Below, one piece after another: positions 9,953 through 20,617 of a stretch of DNA of 64,000 bases (positions are counted from its first letter, which is position 1; each line of letters opens with the position of its first letter). Under the pieces are notes generated by a model, which searched no databases, was not told where the DNA came from, and saw nothing but the letters and a program-made list of their open reading frames with translations. This DNA is from Nitrosopumilus sp. GTDB lineage: Archaea > Thermoproteota > Nitrososphaeria > Nitrososphaerales > Nitrosopumilaceae. The stretch is from contig OZ245003.1 in assembly GCA_965223425.1 (NCBI GenBank), positions 416,001 through 480,000 on the forward strand, read 5' to 3'. Position numbers and translations under genes: made by a program.

Positions 9953-10165
9953 CTATTTGATCTTCTTTGCTTCTCTTTCTGTTTCTCTGAGCATTAGAAT
10001 TTCCCCTTCCCTCACAGAACCTTTTACGTTTCTTGTAAGAATTCTTCCTTTGTCTTTTCCAGTAAGAACTTTGACTCTGACTTGAATTACCTCACCGGCA
10101 ATACCGGTACGTCCAACAATTTGTATAATTTCTGACTGAATTACTTCGTCAGTTGTAGCGCTCAT
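9953..10165 (-). CDS. rps28e: 30S ribosomal protein S28e
   Basis: [14 protein letters not shown]...[19 protein letters not shown]. Confidence 0.96.
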   Translation of the reverse strand: MSATTDEVIQSEIIQIVGRTGIAGEVIQVRVKVLTGKDKGRILTRNVKGSVREGEILMLRETEREAKKIK

Positions 10166-10548
10166 TGATCAGTCTTTCCACCTTTAATTTTAGCAATTGA
10201 TGACACAACTTGGTCTACTATGTGCTGTGCATCGCCGGCATCCAAAATTGCCGCAGCAGCAGAAGTAATGTCGATACCCAATGAATTGCCTAATTCCTGT
10301 TTGCTTGGAACAAATGCAAACGCCGCACCTTGCTCTTCACATAGAATTGGAAGATGAGCTACAACCTCCGGCGGTTCAACATCTTCGGCGATAACTATTA
10401 GTTTACTAGTGCCACGTTCGATTGCCTTGGTTGCTTCGTTGGTTCCTTTCTTGACTTTGCCGCTAGTAGATGCTACTCGAACAGCTTCCAAGATTGGATT
10501 AACAAGATCCTCTGGCGTCTCAAATTTAACATAATATGCTTTTCCCAT
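10162..10548 (-). CDS. rpl7ae: 50S ribosomal protein L7Ae
   Basis: [14 protein letters not shown]...[15 protein letters not shown]. Confidence 0.97.
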   Translation of the reverse strand: MGKAYYVKFETPEDLVNPILEAVRVASTSGKVKKGTNEATKAIERGTSKLIVIAEDVEPPEVVAHLPILCEEQGAAFAFVPSKQELGNSLGIDITSAAAAILDAGDAQHIVDQVVSSIAKIKGGKTDQ

Positions 10549-10609
10549 ACTTCGTCACCCTAAGGTTCATTCTCCATTCCCTACATCCTTTCGTTTGGTT
10601 TTAAAAGTG

Positions 10610-11974
10610 TTATCGGGAAATGATGACGGACTTTACTTTCTTGAGATATTCAGACATCAAATCGTCTAATTTCTCTTGACTTTCAGCTTCTGCATACACT
10701 CTAATGATTGGTTCTGTCCCACTTGGTCGGATCATTACCCAATTTTTAGGATCAAATGTAATTTTGATACCATCAGTTGTATCCGAATTGGGAAACTCTT
10801 CTTTTAGTGAAGAAACCAGTTTTGAAACATTTTCAGCAGAACATAAAATCTTGTCTTTTGTAGTAAAAGAGGGAGGCAAACTGGCAATTTCATCAGATAA
10901 TGGTTTTTCCGAGGTTGCCAGTAAATCAAGCATTAATGCCAGAGCCATACAACCATCTCGAACTTGGTTGTGTTTCCCGTACATGAATCCGCCATTTTCT
11001 TCAAACCCAACTAACGCATCAGTTGGAACCATCTTTCTTGATACTTCAACGCTTCCTACCTTGGTACGAATTACTTTTGAATTAAATTTATCAGCCAAGA
11101 CTTCAATGTTAGAACCTGAATTCAAGCAAGTTACAATCAAAGAATCAGGATTTTTCTTTAGGATGTGCTGAGTAAGAACCAGTGCAGACTTGTCTCCAGT
11201 TAGGATGTTTCCTTTGTTGTCACAAAAAATACTTCGATCTCCATCACCATCAAATGCAATTCCTACGTCAGCACTGTTTTGTATAACAGTTTTTGAAAGT
11301 TCTGAAAGATTTTGTGGGGTCGGTTCTGAGCCACGTCCTGAAAAGTTGCCATCAATGTTTTGGTTTACAAGAAATGTTTCACAATGTAGCATTTTACAAA
11401 AATCAGGTGCAGAAACTGCCTGTGCACCATTCCCTAAATCCAAAACAACCTTGAAATTCTTTGATTCTATTAACTTAGAATCAACTTGAGATACGACTCC
11501 TTGGAGATACGTCTCAACTGATCTGTCTTCTTTACCTGCTGTGCCCCATTTTTCAGGATTTTTAATCCAATTTTTTTGCAGATAGATATCTTCAACTACT
11601 AATTCATCTTCTCGTGAAATCTCTACTCCATCTTTTGCTGCAGGTTTGATTCCATTGTATTGAGGGGGATTGTGAGATGCCGTAATCATTATTCCACCAG
11701 AATATTCCAAAGTCTTTACTGCAAATTCAAGACATGGGGTTGGAACAATTCCTGCAATGTTACAATCAATTCCAATTGAATTAAGAGCTGAACTTACAAC
11801 TTTACAAATTGCAGGACTTGATTCTCTTCCATCATAACCAATCAGTATTGATCCTTTTCCAAAGTAAGTTCCAATGGCTAAAGTCATATCATGAACAAAT
11901 TCTAATGTGAGGTCTTCAGGGAACACTCCACGAATTCCATTTGTTCCAAAAAATTTTCCCATAAGATTATGCAA
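10610..11974 (-). CDS. glmM: Phosphoglucosamine mutase / phosphohexomutase
   Basis: FGTNGIRG, ITASHNP, FDGDGDR, IRPSGTEP. Confidence 0.88.
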   Translation of the reverse strand: MHNLMGKFFGTNGIRGVFPEDLTLEFVHDMTLAIGTYFGKGSILIGYDGRESSPAICKVVSSALNSIGIDCNIAGIVPTPCLEFAVKTLEYSGGIMITASHNPPQYNGIKPAAKDGVEISREDELVVEDIYLQKNWIKNPEKWGTAGKEDRSVETYLQGVVSQVDSKLIESKNFKVVLDLGNGAQAVSAPDFCKMLHCETFLVNQNIDGNFSGRGSEPTPQNLSELSKTVIQNSADVGIAFDGDGDRSIFCDNKGNILTGDKSALVLTQHILKKNPDSLIVTCLNSGSNIEVLADKFNSKVIRTKVGSVEVSRKMVPTDALVGFEENGGFMYGKHNQVRDGCMALALMLDLLATSEKPLSDEIASLPPSFTTKDKILCSAENVSKLVSSLKEEFPNSDTTDGIKITFDPKNWVMIRPSGTEPIIRVYAEAESQEKLDDLMSEYLKKVKSVIISR

Positions 11975-12009
11975 TAATAGATAAATTTGTGTTTAATGGC
12001 AGGTTCGTT

Positions 12010-12094
12010 GCGGGAGTCGCCCAGCCTGGTCAAAGGCGTAGGGTTTAGGACCCTATCTCTTAGGAGTTCGTGGGTTCAAATCCCATCTCCCGCA
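12010..12094 (+). tRNA. tRNA-Leu(TAG)
   Basis: GCGGGAG acceptor stem, anticodon arm TAGGG-TTTAGGA-CCCTA, long variable arm, GTTCAAATC T-loop. Confidence 0.95.
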
Positions 12095-12122
12095 TTATTT
12101 TGATTTCTGTGAATGATTAATA

Positions 12123-12992
12123 ATGAGAAAATCTTCAACAAACAAAGTCATGAAAAAGACAGTAATTGGCATCACAGTAGTTGGAAAAGATAGAGAAGGA
12201 ATAGTAGCTACATTTACAAATTTTGCATTCTCAAAAGGTGGAAACATTGAGAAAGTGAATCAAAATGTAATCAAAGGACTTTTTGGAATGTATCTAGAAG
12301 TATCCTTTTCAAAAAAAATTGACGTAAAGAAGTTTGATGCAGAATTACAGAGATTGTCTAAAAAAGAAAAAATGGATGTAAGTACACATCATGAAACAAA
12401 TTCGCAAAAAAATATTGCAGTATTTGTAACAAAAGAACCGCTTTGTCTTAAAACCATTCTCAGTAATGCAAAATCACTCAAAGGAAAAATTTCAGTAATA
12501 GTGGGTACAGAAAACACACTTGCGCCACTAGCAAAGAAAGCAAAGATCCCGTTTGTTACAGTACAAGAAAAAGATCAACAAAAGGCAGAAAAGAAAATCA
12601 TTGAAATATGCAAAAAATACGAGATTGACTTGATATCACTTGGAAGATACATGAGAATTCTCAGCCCCAACTTTGTTTGGAGATATCCAAACAGAATTAT
12701 TAATATTCATCCGTCAATACTGCCAGCATTTCCAGGAGCACTGGCATATGCACAAGCATATGAAAGGGGAACAAAGATTGTTGGTGTTACTGCTCATTAC
12801 GTTACAGAGAACTTGGATCAAGGACCTATCATATTCCAAGACTCATTCAAAGTAGATCCAAACGATACATTAGAAAAAATCAAGACAAAGGGGCAAAAAT
12901 TAGAGGCAGATACTTTGCTCAAAGCAATGAAGATGCACCTAGAAAACAAGCTAGAAGTTCGCTGGAGAAAGGTTCACATAAAGTCCAAGTGA
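12123..12992 (+). CDS. purU: Formyltetrahydrofolate deformylase
   Basis: N-terminal ACT domain. RYMRILS, IINIHPS.LPAFPG, GVTAHYVTENLDQGPII. Confidence 0.9.
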   Translation: MRKSSTNKVMKKTVIGITVVGKDREGIVATFTNFAFSKGGNIEKVNQNVIKGLFGMYLEVSFSKKIDVKKFDAELQRLSKKEKMDVSTHHETNSQKNIAVFVTKEPLCLKTILSNAKSLKGKISVIVGTENTLAPLAKKAKIPFVTVQEKDQQKAEKKIIEICKKYEIDLISLGRYMRILSPNFVWRYPNRIINIHPSILPAFPGALAYAQAYERGTKIVGVTAHYVTENLDQGPIIFQDSFKVDPNDTLEKIKTKGQKLEADTLLKAMKMHLENKLEVRWRKVHIKSK

Positions 12993-13720
12993 ATCAAATG
13001 TCAGATCTCAAAGTCCAATTAGATCCCAGTCTCAGAAAATCAATTAAAAAGAAAAATCAGGTGGCAGTCATTCCAGTTGGCTCAACAGAACAGCACGGAT
13101 CGCATTTACCCATATCAACAGACTCTGATATTGTAACTGAAGTGGCAAAAAGACTTGCCAAGAACAAAGGGTATCTGCTTCTTCCAACCCTTACCTACGG
13201 AGTCTCATTTGAACACGCACCATTTTTTAATTTGAGCATTAGAGAGTCAACCTTACGTACTGTTCTTACTGACTTGTGTTCGTCGCTTTTGGCAAATAAC
13301 ATCAAGACAGTTTTCATAATTAACGGACATCATGGAAATCTAAAAGCAATCAAAAGCATAGATGTGAAACTCAAAAAACTCTCAAAAAACAAACTCAGGG
13401 TATTTCCACTGTCTTACTGGCATTTTATGAAAAGAGAGTTTGATCACGCAGGATTTGTAGAAACATCACTGATGCTAGCAATTTCAAAAAATGTCAAAAT
13501 GAAATTGGCAAAAAAAGGACTGATCACAGATAAAATGACAAAACAAGAAATCAAAAAACTTGTGAAACTAGCTAATCAGTCATTTCCTAAAGCCACAAAA
13601 AACGGGGTTTGGGGAGACCCAACAAAAGCCACAAAAAAAGATGGACATGTGATTTTAGCTGAAATTGTTAAAAATCTAGGAAAAAAGTGTCAAACTTGCC
13701 TTACTGTGTATGGCGCATAG
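12989..13720 (+). CDS. Creatininase / creatinine amidohydrolase family protein
   Basis: PVGSTEQHGSHLP..TD, NGHHGN, DHAG..ETS, GVWGDP. Confidence 0.9.
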   Translation: MNQMSDLKVQLDPSLRKSIKKKNQVAVIPVGSTEQHGSHLPISTDSDIVTEVAKRLAKNKGYLLLPTLTYGVSFEHAPFFNLSIRESTLRTVLTDLCSSLLANNIKTVFIINGHHGNLKAIKSIDVKLKKLSKNKLRVFPLSYWHFMKREFDHAGFVETSLMLAISKNVKMKLAKKGLITDKMTKQEIKKLVKLANQSFPKATKNGVWGDPTKATKKDGHVILAEIVKNLGKKCQTCLTVYGA

Positions 13721-13776
13721 TTACACCAATGAAATTTTAATATAATCCCTCAATATCAAAGCCAATAAGTGATATA

Positions 13777-14013
13777 ATGTCCGTTGATATGGCAGTAAAA
13801 GTACTGGATGAGAGCATCGATCAAGTTGTATTGATAAAACTCAAAGGTAACAAAACAATTAGAGGTAATCTACTTGGTTTTGACCAGCACATGAACCTGC
13901 TACTCGATTCTTCAGAGGAGATTCCTGCTGAAGGCGATTCTAAAGGCCTTGGAACCATTGTAGTAAGAGGAGACAATGTAGTTATGATATCTCCTCCCCC
14001 AGCACAAAATTAG
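13777..14013 (+). CDS. Sm-like (Lsm/SmAP) protein
   Basis: [14 protein letters not shown]...VVRGDNV. Located upstream of L37e as usual in archaea. Confidence 0.95.
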   Translation: MSVDMAVKVLDESIDQVVLIKLKGNKTIRGNLLGFDQHMNLLLDSSEEIPAEGDSKGLGTIVVRGDNVVMISPPPAQN

Positions 14014-14023
14014 GTGATGTGAG

Positions 14024-14191
14024 ATGGTAAAAGGTACAACTTCGATGGGTGGGTTTACAAAGAAAAAAGTTCACATCAGGTGTAGAAGATGTGGTAAAAA
14101 CTCGCTTCACAAGCGTCATCATCAATGCGCAAGCTGTGGATTCCCAGAGGCCAAACGCAGAAAGTATTCCTGGATTAAATGGTATACATAG
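14024..14191 (+). CDS. rpl37e: 50S ribosomal protein L37e (not in ORF track)
   Basis: MVKGTTSMG...[13 protein letters not shown]....QCASCGFP. Confidence 0.95.
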
Positions 14192-15121
14192 ATGCAAGAG
14201 ATTGTTCTTATTCTTAGTTCATTAGCCGGCGTAGCTACAGCTGCGGCTGTACGAAAAGTGCCAAGAGACAAAAAATTGCTCAGTCTCAGTGCCAGTTCAA
14301 ACATTAAAAGTCAAATTAATTCTCTAAAAATTGAGAAAGACATTCTTACCAAAACAATTTCAAGACTCTACCAAGCAGATTCTGAATTCTCTAAAATTCA
14401 AAAGGACAAACTGTTACCAAAATATCAACACCAATTAGGAATTGTTTTAGCCAAACTAGAAAAACTTGAACAAGCAAGCAAGCATCCGGACTTGGGCCCG
14501 GTTGGAGATGGTTTGATTACTTTGATGGATCAAAAATTATCAAAGCTAGACGACAGACTGTATGAGATATCATCAAAGATGGCAAGTGCAAAAGTAGAAT
14601 CGCCAAAGAAAGAATCAGAAGTAAAAAAACAAGAGCCAAAATACAAATCAAAACCATTTAACTTTGAGAAGCCAAAAGAATCAAAGATAGAGCCAGTCGA
14701 AATTCCTGCAACAAGATCAAGACAGTCGTTTGAATTAACCACCTTGACAAGTGTTTCAAGAAAGGAGCCAAAATTCCCACTATTTGAAGAAACAAAACCT
14801 GACATTAACAAACCAATTCCACATCCAAAGACAATTCAAACTGAAATTATTGCACCAAAACAAAAAGTTGAAGGCAAGACTGAGGTTATTCAGTCAGTAA
14901 AGCCAGAACTAGGAACAAAACCTGACATTAACAAAGAGGTTGCAAAGATTACAGAACACAAGGCATTACCAGAACCAACCACAGAAGAAAGACCAAAGGT
15001 AACAACGTTAGATGATGACTTTGGTGATGATGATAATGATGCAGATGCAGATGATTTAGATAAAATCAAAGGTAACATCATGAAAGTATTGTCCAAGCTT
15101 GATCAAGCAGAGGTAGAGTAG
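14192..15121 (+). CDS. Membrane-anchored coiled-coil hypothetical protein
   Basis: N-terminal hydrophobic helix, coiled-coil, acidic tail. Abuts its neighbours. Confidence 0.75.
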   Translation: MQEIVLILSSLAGVATAAAVRKVPRDKKLLSLSASSNIKSQINSLKIEKDILTKTISRLYQADSEFSKIQKDKLLPKYQHQLGIVLAKLEKLEQASKHPDLGPVGDGLITLMDQKLSKLDDRLYEISSKMASAKVESPKKESEVKKQEPKYKSKPFNFEKPKESKIEPVEIPATRSRQSFELTTLTSVSRKEPKFPLFEETKPDINKPIPHPKTIQTEIIAPKQKVEGKTEVIQSVKPELGTKPDINKEVAKITEHKALPEPTTEERPKVTTLDDDFGDDDNDADADDLDKIKGNIMKVLSKLDQAEVE

Positions 15122-15796
15122 TTGTCCTATGATGGTGCCATCAAGGCATTATCAAATGATGCACTAAAGCATGTCAAAGATTACTCCGTAATTGGATTGG
15201 GAAGTGGAAGAGCTGCAACTGCACTTGTAAAATCGCTTGGAAAACTAATTGAAATAAAAGATTACCATGTTGTAGGAATTCCAACGTCACTACAAATTAA
15301 ACAAGTTGCAGAAGAAGCAGGAATACCGCTTGTGGAGGCTGATCAAGTAGGTCATATCGATGTGGTGTTTGATGGCGCAGATCAAATTGATTCACGGAAG
15401 TTTGTTATCAAAGGCGGTGGTGGAGCTTTGTTACGAGAAAATATTTTGTTTAGTCTTGCAAAAAAAGTCATAGTTATGGCAGACAAGACAAAGTTTGTGA
15501 AAAATTTCACAAGATCTGTTCCAGTAGAAGTTCACCCATTTGCTAGAGCATCTGTAACAAATTCTATCAACAAACTGGGAGGAACAGCACAACTACGTAC
15601 ACTGGATAGAGGATATCCATTCTTTACAGAAAATGGGAATATAATTCTGGATTGTGATTTTGGAGCAATAAAGAGTCCCAAAGTGCTCACTCAAAAAATT
15701 AAACAAACAGCTGGAGTGTTAGAATCAGGAATATTTCTCAGAAAGCCAGATGTGATTTACAGGGCCAAAGATAACGGCAAATTCGATATTCTTTAG
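15122..15796 (+). CDS. rpiA: Ribose-5-phosphate isomerase A
   Basis: IGLGSG, DGADQID, IKGGGGALLRE. Confidence 0.96.
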   Translation: MSYDGAIKALSNDALKHVKDYSVIGLGSGRAATALVKSLGKLIEIKDYHVVGIPTSLQIKQVAEEAGIPLVEADQVGHIDVVFDGADQIDSRKFVIKGGGGALLRENILFSLAKKVIVMADKTKFVKNFTRSVPVEVHPFARASVTNSINKLGGTAQLRTLDRGYPFFTENGNIILDCDFGAIKSPKVLTQKIKQTAGVLESGIFLRKPDVIYRAKDNGKFDIL

Positions 15797-15826
15797 TCAT
15801 GCTAGAAGAAAAAACAAAAAGAAAGG

Positions 15827-16714
15827 CTATTGGGTCCAACCCAAACCAACTAATTTTTGAATACTCGGGAATTTAACACATGCTGGATCTCCAGAGGGTT
15901 TGAAGACAAGTCCCATTGAAGACTTGCACTGAATATCTTCTGGCTCGACTCCTTCTTTGAGTTGTTTCAAAGGAGACAAACTTGCAAGATATACTTCTTC
16001 ATTTCTGATGTGATGGATTGAATTCCAGACAATTCTTCGAATTCATAAATCACAGCATCGATAGAATCTGTTACGTCTGCAGGATCTGCTCTGATGTCAA
16101 AATCAGACCATGCTTGTTCATAGTATTCATTGATTCGTTCTGAATCAATCGGATCTACATCTTCAAGTGCTGAAGATTTGTTGAGATTGCCAAATGAAGG
16201 CAGAGCCATCTTGAAATTCTGCCATCTTTTCGATGATCCCATCAGCTACCGCCTCCCTGTATTCGACTTTTGAAGTTTCAAGAAGTTGGTTGATTAGTTG
16301 CATCTTAAATTCAGATTCATCACTCAACTCGTGACCTACTACAATTTCTCGTGCTTCTTGAATGATCTCTTTTGCATCATCAATTGCTAATTGAGCTTGG
16401 GCTCTAGTTACATCCGTACTTGCTTTGTCTTTTAACTCCAACAAAATTTGTCGAAGTTTTTGATCAACTTCTGGATTTGCTTCAAGATGTTCACTCATTG
16501 TTTCATACAATTCAGAAATTGGATGAGTTGCATGAACTATTGCCAATTCTGCATTATTTTCATCAAGATTCATCTCTAATGCCCAAAAATGTCCCAGCGT
16601 TTCTTCTATGGTTCCTGCAAATTCAAGTTTTTCGTTTCTTTCAGAATCTGCAAAAACCATTGGAGAAATACCTAGAACAACTATGGTTAAAATTCCCATT
16701 GTGATTTTATTCAT
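15827..16714 (-). pseudogene. Secreted helical protein with thaumarchaeal C-terminal SPLKQ...C...PACVK...LGW module, broken by two frameshifts
   Basis: Signal peptide in ORF 16163-16714. The continuation is in ORF 15967-16242. SPLKQLKEGVEPEDIQCK...DPACVKF...GW is in a further shifted frame ending at 15827. Confidence 0.65.
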
Positions 16715-17257
16715 TAGTTTTACAAATCTTGTGTGTTGTTTAAAGTATCAAATGACTCTAAAATTGTACAATATGAGGTTATTACACAAGTCTAGAAATT
16801 GCAATATGTGGAAATTATGTGGCCCAGTCATTGACATGGACGATAACCGCATTGACAAGCTTGATGCCACTGATTTTCCAGTTGGCACGTTTAATCATGC
16901 AACAAGTTATGTTGGAGAAAAAACAGGCTCTTCAAGGGTTAGTTACTATTGTAGATGTTACATTGGTTGTCAAGGGTTCTGATTTGATCTGTAAAAATCT
17001 AAAATTAAAGGAAAATACCGGTCTTAAAAATTGAATTTAAAACCAAGATCACATTTTTCATGACATTTCAGGCATTGCTGTTGAGTAGGTTTTTGCAGGG
17101 CTTGTGCAAAACACGCTTTTTTTCATTTGTTACATGTTAGACATTGAATTATAATAGCTAATTTGGTTGAGCTTAGTGTATAACTAGAAAGCAGTGCCTT
17201 TTTATGTTAAAATGTACTTTCTCAAAATGGACAGAACACAGGTATCTGGACGCTAGT

Positions 17258-17506
17258 TTATTCTAAATTTTTTACAACATCCTCAATTCTTCTTGGATTC
17301 AGTGCGTATTGTGTTCCGTATGATGTAGGATGTGACAGTACAAGATTCTCCTTTACAAGTTTTTTTACCTCTTTTTCTACGTCCCCTTTTAGATGCGATG
17401 GGAACCCTGTTTTCAAATTGGGTAATGAAATATGACATGCACCAATTCTATGATCTGCAAACATCTTTGCAAGAATCTTTTTTCTAGCGTCACTTTTACT
17501 CATCAC
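17258..17506 (-). CDS. Small basic wHTH-like hypothetical protein
   Basis: GFPSHLKGDVEKEVKKLVKENLVLSHPTSYG pattern. Divergent from a wHTH gene. Confidence 0.65.
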   Translation of the reverse strand: MMSKSDARKKILAKMFADHRIGACHISLPNLKTGFPSHLKGDVEKEVKKLVKENLVLSHPTSYGTQYALNPRRIEDVVKNLE

Positions 17507-17586
17507 TCTATTATGTAAAATATATTATATAAATAATTACATGATAAGCATTAATTATTTATATAATAGATATTGATAATAAATAC

Positions 17587-17925
17587 ATGAAAAATGAAGC
17601 CGTGACAATGGATTTTGAGGTTAGAGAAAAGGCAATTGAGCTGGGTCCATTAGAGTATGTGTTTCCTGGAAGCACATCTAAGATTTTGGATTTCTTATGC
17701 GTGTTCAAAGAATATGATTATTCAATTACAGATATTGCAAAAAATTCTGGTTTGTCATTTAAGACTACATTTGATGAGATAAAAAGACTGGAAAAACAAG
17801 AAATTGTAATAATCTCTCGTACAGTTGGCAAGTCAAAAATGTACAAACTGAACTTTGATTCTGCACAGGCAGAATCTATTGAAAAACTGGCATTTGATAT
17901 AGCAAAAAAGAGAATAACGCATTGA
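17587..17925 (+). CDS. Winged-HTH transcriptional regulator
   Basis: DYSITDIAKNSGLSFKT...RTVGKSKMYKLN. Confidence 0.85.
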   Translation: MKNEAVTMDFEVREKAIELGPLEYVFPGSTSKILDFLCVFKEYDYSITDIAKNSGLSFKTTFDEIKRLEKQEIVIISRTVGKSKMYKLNFDSAQAESIEKLAFDIAKKRITH

Positions 17926-18469
17926 ATTATAATATTTGATATTTTTAAACTCAAAAAATAACTTCTTGCCTTTTTTACTGTCCTCCAATTTAATTCGCAG
18001 ATAGCAGTACCTTGACCCTTGCGTTTCTTGGAGTCTGATTCAACTATGTTTAATGTCTTATGATCAGAATCCATAATTTTTTTGATATCATTTTCTGTAT
18101 AATCTCCACCCATCAACTCAGTTTTCATAAGTGGTGCATCTTCACTTAATTTTACACAAGTTGTTGTTATAATCTGTGAGCGTCCATGAGATTTGTCTTC
18201 ATAAAGCTTCTAAATCCTTGTTTTTGAAGTCAGCTACAGAGCGTGCCGTCCCTCAGATATCAGTCTGGGACGGATCTAACACCCTTCCAATGAACAGGAT
18301 GATGCCACAGGATAAGGCGAGTCTGCAAACACGCGAAAAGGATCCCAAGGGTTTTACAGACATCTTGGCTTTGAGCAACACTTGCTCTACTTTATGAAGA
18401 CAGTTACAGTGCAACACGGCTAGCAGTATGGCCTATGTGACTTGGGTTTTTTTTCTGGTACTGCCGGCC

Positions 18470-19747
18470 CTATGGTTCTGCCTGCATCTCTGGCATTGAA
18501 GAGCTGCCAATCACCATCCATTGGTCGTCACGTATGGTCCATACGGCATAGTCTGAGGAGTCCAGATCCCCCGCTGCATTGAGCTTGGTGGAGCCCACTG
18601 CGCCGGTATGGTTCTCGGCCACCGGTATCATGTTTGTCTTGATTGCGTCCGTATCGGTGCTCTGCGCTGCCTCCATTGCAAGGCCGGCAAGCCACACGGC
18701 GTCATATGTGCAGTAGGCATAGACAGTTGGAATCCTGCCAAGCTCCGACTTTATCAGTTCTGTCACCCTGTCGGTTTTGGGGTTCTCCGACGCTACAAAC
18801 TGCAAGGTGGTAAAGTCCGTCGCATACGCAAACTCCAGTCCTATGGAGTCGTCGACCAAGCTCTGTACGTTGGTACTGCCATCAGAGCCAAACCACCTCA
18901 CGTCGTCCAGTACCTCATGCGAGGAGGCTGACTGCATAAACTGCAACACCTCGGCAAACGCAATCAGCAACACTCCCACCCTGTCTTCACCGTACTTGTC
19001 TACGTACTTCTGAACCTGGTTTGCCAGAAGTGAGGTCGATGCCGAAAACTCGGGGGCCTCCGGATTGTACCGTATGCCATCGTCTACTATGCCGCCTGCT
19101 TCCGAGAACGACATTGCAGTGGACTCTTTGAGGCCGTCGCCCCAGGTGTCTCCCCTCCAGACGGGTACGAGCACGTCAATCCCACGGGACGCCATCAAGC
19201 TGGCAATTGCCGGGCCCTGGTTGTCGTCGTCGGGAACGGTTCTGAATACGTTGTCGTCAGGTATTGCAAGCGACGGGGCTGTGCTGCCGTAGCTGATCAT
19301 CATCATGTTGTTTGCGGCTGTGTATCCCATGAGGTTCCTGAGGTTGGCGCTTGTTGACGGGCCTATCACCATCTTTGCCCCCTTGGCATGCATGGCAGTG
19401 ACCTTATCCAGTGCGATGACCGGGTTTGTCTGCGAATCCTCCACTATTCCGTTGATGCTCCACGCGCTACCCTTTCCCTCTAGGTACTCGTTAAAGTCGT
19501 CCACTGCAAGCTGCGCGGCTATCCTGTCCTCCTCTCCTTGGCTGGCAAGATCGCCAGTCAGTGGGAAGAGTAGTCCAATGTTTACGGTACCTTCCAGGCT
19601 GGCCGATGCCGGCATGACGGGTTCTGATTCTGTCACAACAGATTCGGGTTCTGTCATGACGGGTTCTAGTTCCGTGGACATGGAAATGGCAACAAATATG
19701 CCAACTGCCACTGCGATTATTGGTATGGCGATAAGTATCTTATTCAC
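18470..19747 (-). CDS. ABC-type branched-chain amino acid (type 1 periplasmic) substrate-binding protein, GC-rich
   Basis: IGLLFPLTGDLA, VIGPSTS, STAPSLAIPDDNVFRTVPDD, YDAVWL. Probable GTG start at 19747 with an N-terminal TM helix. Confidence 0.9.
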   Translation of the reverse strand: MNKILIAIPIIAVAVGIFVAISMSTELEPVMTEPESVVTESEPVMPASASLEGTVNIGLLFPLTGDLASQGEEDRIAAQLAVDDFNEYLEGKGSAWSINGIVEDSQTNPVIALDKVTAMHAKGAKMVIGPSTSANLRNLMGYTAANNMMMISYGSTAPSLAIPDDNVFRTVPDDDNQGPAIASLMASRGIDVLVPVWRGDTWGDGLKESTAMSFSEAGGIVDDGIRYNPEAPEFSASTSLLANQVQKYVDKYGEDRVGVLLIAFAEVLQFMQSASSHEVLDDVRWFGSDGSTNVQSLVDDSIGLEFAYATDFTTLQFVASENPKTDRVTELIKSELGRIPTVYAYCTYDAVWLAGLAMEAAQSTDTDAIKTNMIPVAENHTGAVGSTKLNAAGDLDSSDYAVWTIRDDQWMVIGSSSMPEMQAEP

Positions 19748-19911
19748 ACTGTGACACAGTACTTCATTTATAAAAATGATGATCCACTCTCTTTGAACCG
19801 CTTTTTGCAATAATTTATGCACCTTTTCCTGCATATTGACAATTGAGATAGAAAATGAATTAGATGATGACGATGGCAAGTAGCCACACATTCTTTTTTC
19901 CTTCCCAAGTT

Positions 19912-20577
19912 CTATTTTTTACCAAATTTTCCCAATAATGGAACAAAAACATAGTTTGATTCATTTTTAATTTCAACAATTCCGTCAGATGTCTTTTTTA
20001 GCATGACCAGAGATTGAGAAGAACCTCCTACAGGTGCAATTATGAGTCCATTTTCATCTAGTTGTTCAAGTAATGGTAAAGGAATTTCCGTACATGCTGC
20101 GGTGACTATGATTCTGTCGTAAGGGGATTGTTCAGTATAACCCAAACTGCCGTCACCTAAAATCAAATGAACATTATCAATTCCTAGCTTTTTCAAATTT
20201 TCTTTTGCAAAACTTACCAACTCTGGATGTCTTTCAACAGAATAAACAGTTCCGCTTCCCACCAAGTAAGATAAAATTCCAGTCTGCCAACCAGAACCGG
20301 TGCCAATCTCAAGAACTTTTTGCCTTTCTTTGATGTCTAACCATTCAGTCATTCTTGATACAACTCCCGGTTGCGAAATAGTTTGATCTTTCAGTATTGA
20401 TAGTGGTTCGTTGTCATACGCTCTGTCTAATTCGATTGATTCAACAAACTCGTGTCTAGGAATGCTTCTAAATGCTAACTCAACTTTCTCATCAGTAAGA
20501 AATCCTGAATCTTTTAAGAAACGAATTAATCCATTTAATGCCATCTTGTAGTTTTTTTCAATTTTAATTGGTTTCAA
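19912..20577 (-). CDS. pcm: Protein-L-isoaspartate O-methyltransferase
   Basis: QTISQP, VLEIGTGSGWQ, PYDRIIVTAA, FVPL. Confidence 0.95.
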   Translation of the reverse strand: MKPIKIEKNYKMALNGLIRFLKDSGFLTDEKVELAFRSIPRHEFVESIELDRAYDNEPLSILKDQTISQPGVVSRMTEWLDIKERQKVLEIGTGSGWQTGILSYLVGSGTVYSVERHPELVSFAKENLKKLGIDNVHLILGDGSLGYTEQSPYDRIIVTAACTEIPLPLLEQLDENGLIIAPVGGSSQSLVMLKKTSDGIVEIKNESNYVFVPLLGKFGKK

Positions 20578-20617
20578 CTAATGTGGATGGAATTTTTTGC
20601 CATTTAAAGTGCATCAG

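Noticed and set aside
18130-18420. Possible transposase relic next to the GC-rich binding-protein gene
   Set aside because: No convincing motif or terminal repeat could be identified, so it was not listed as a feature.
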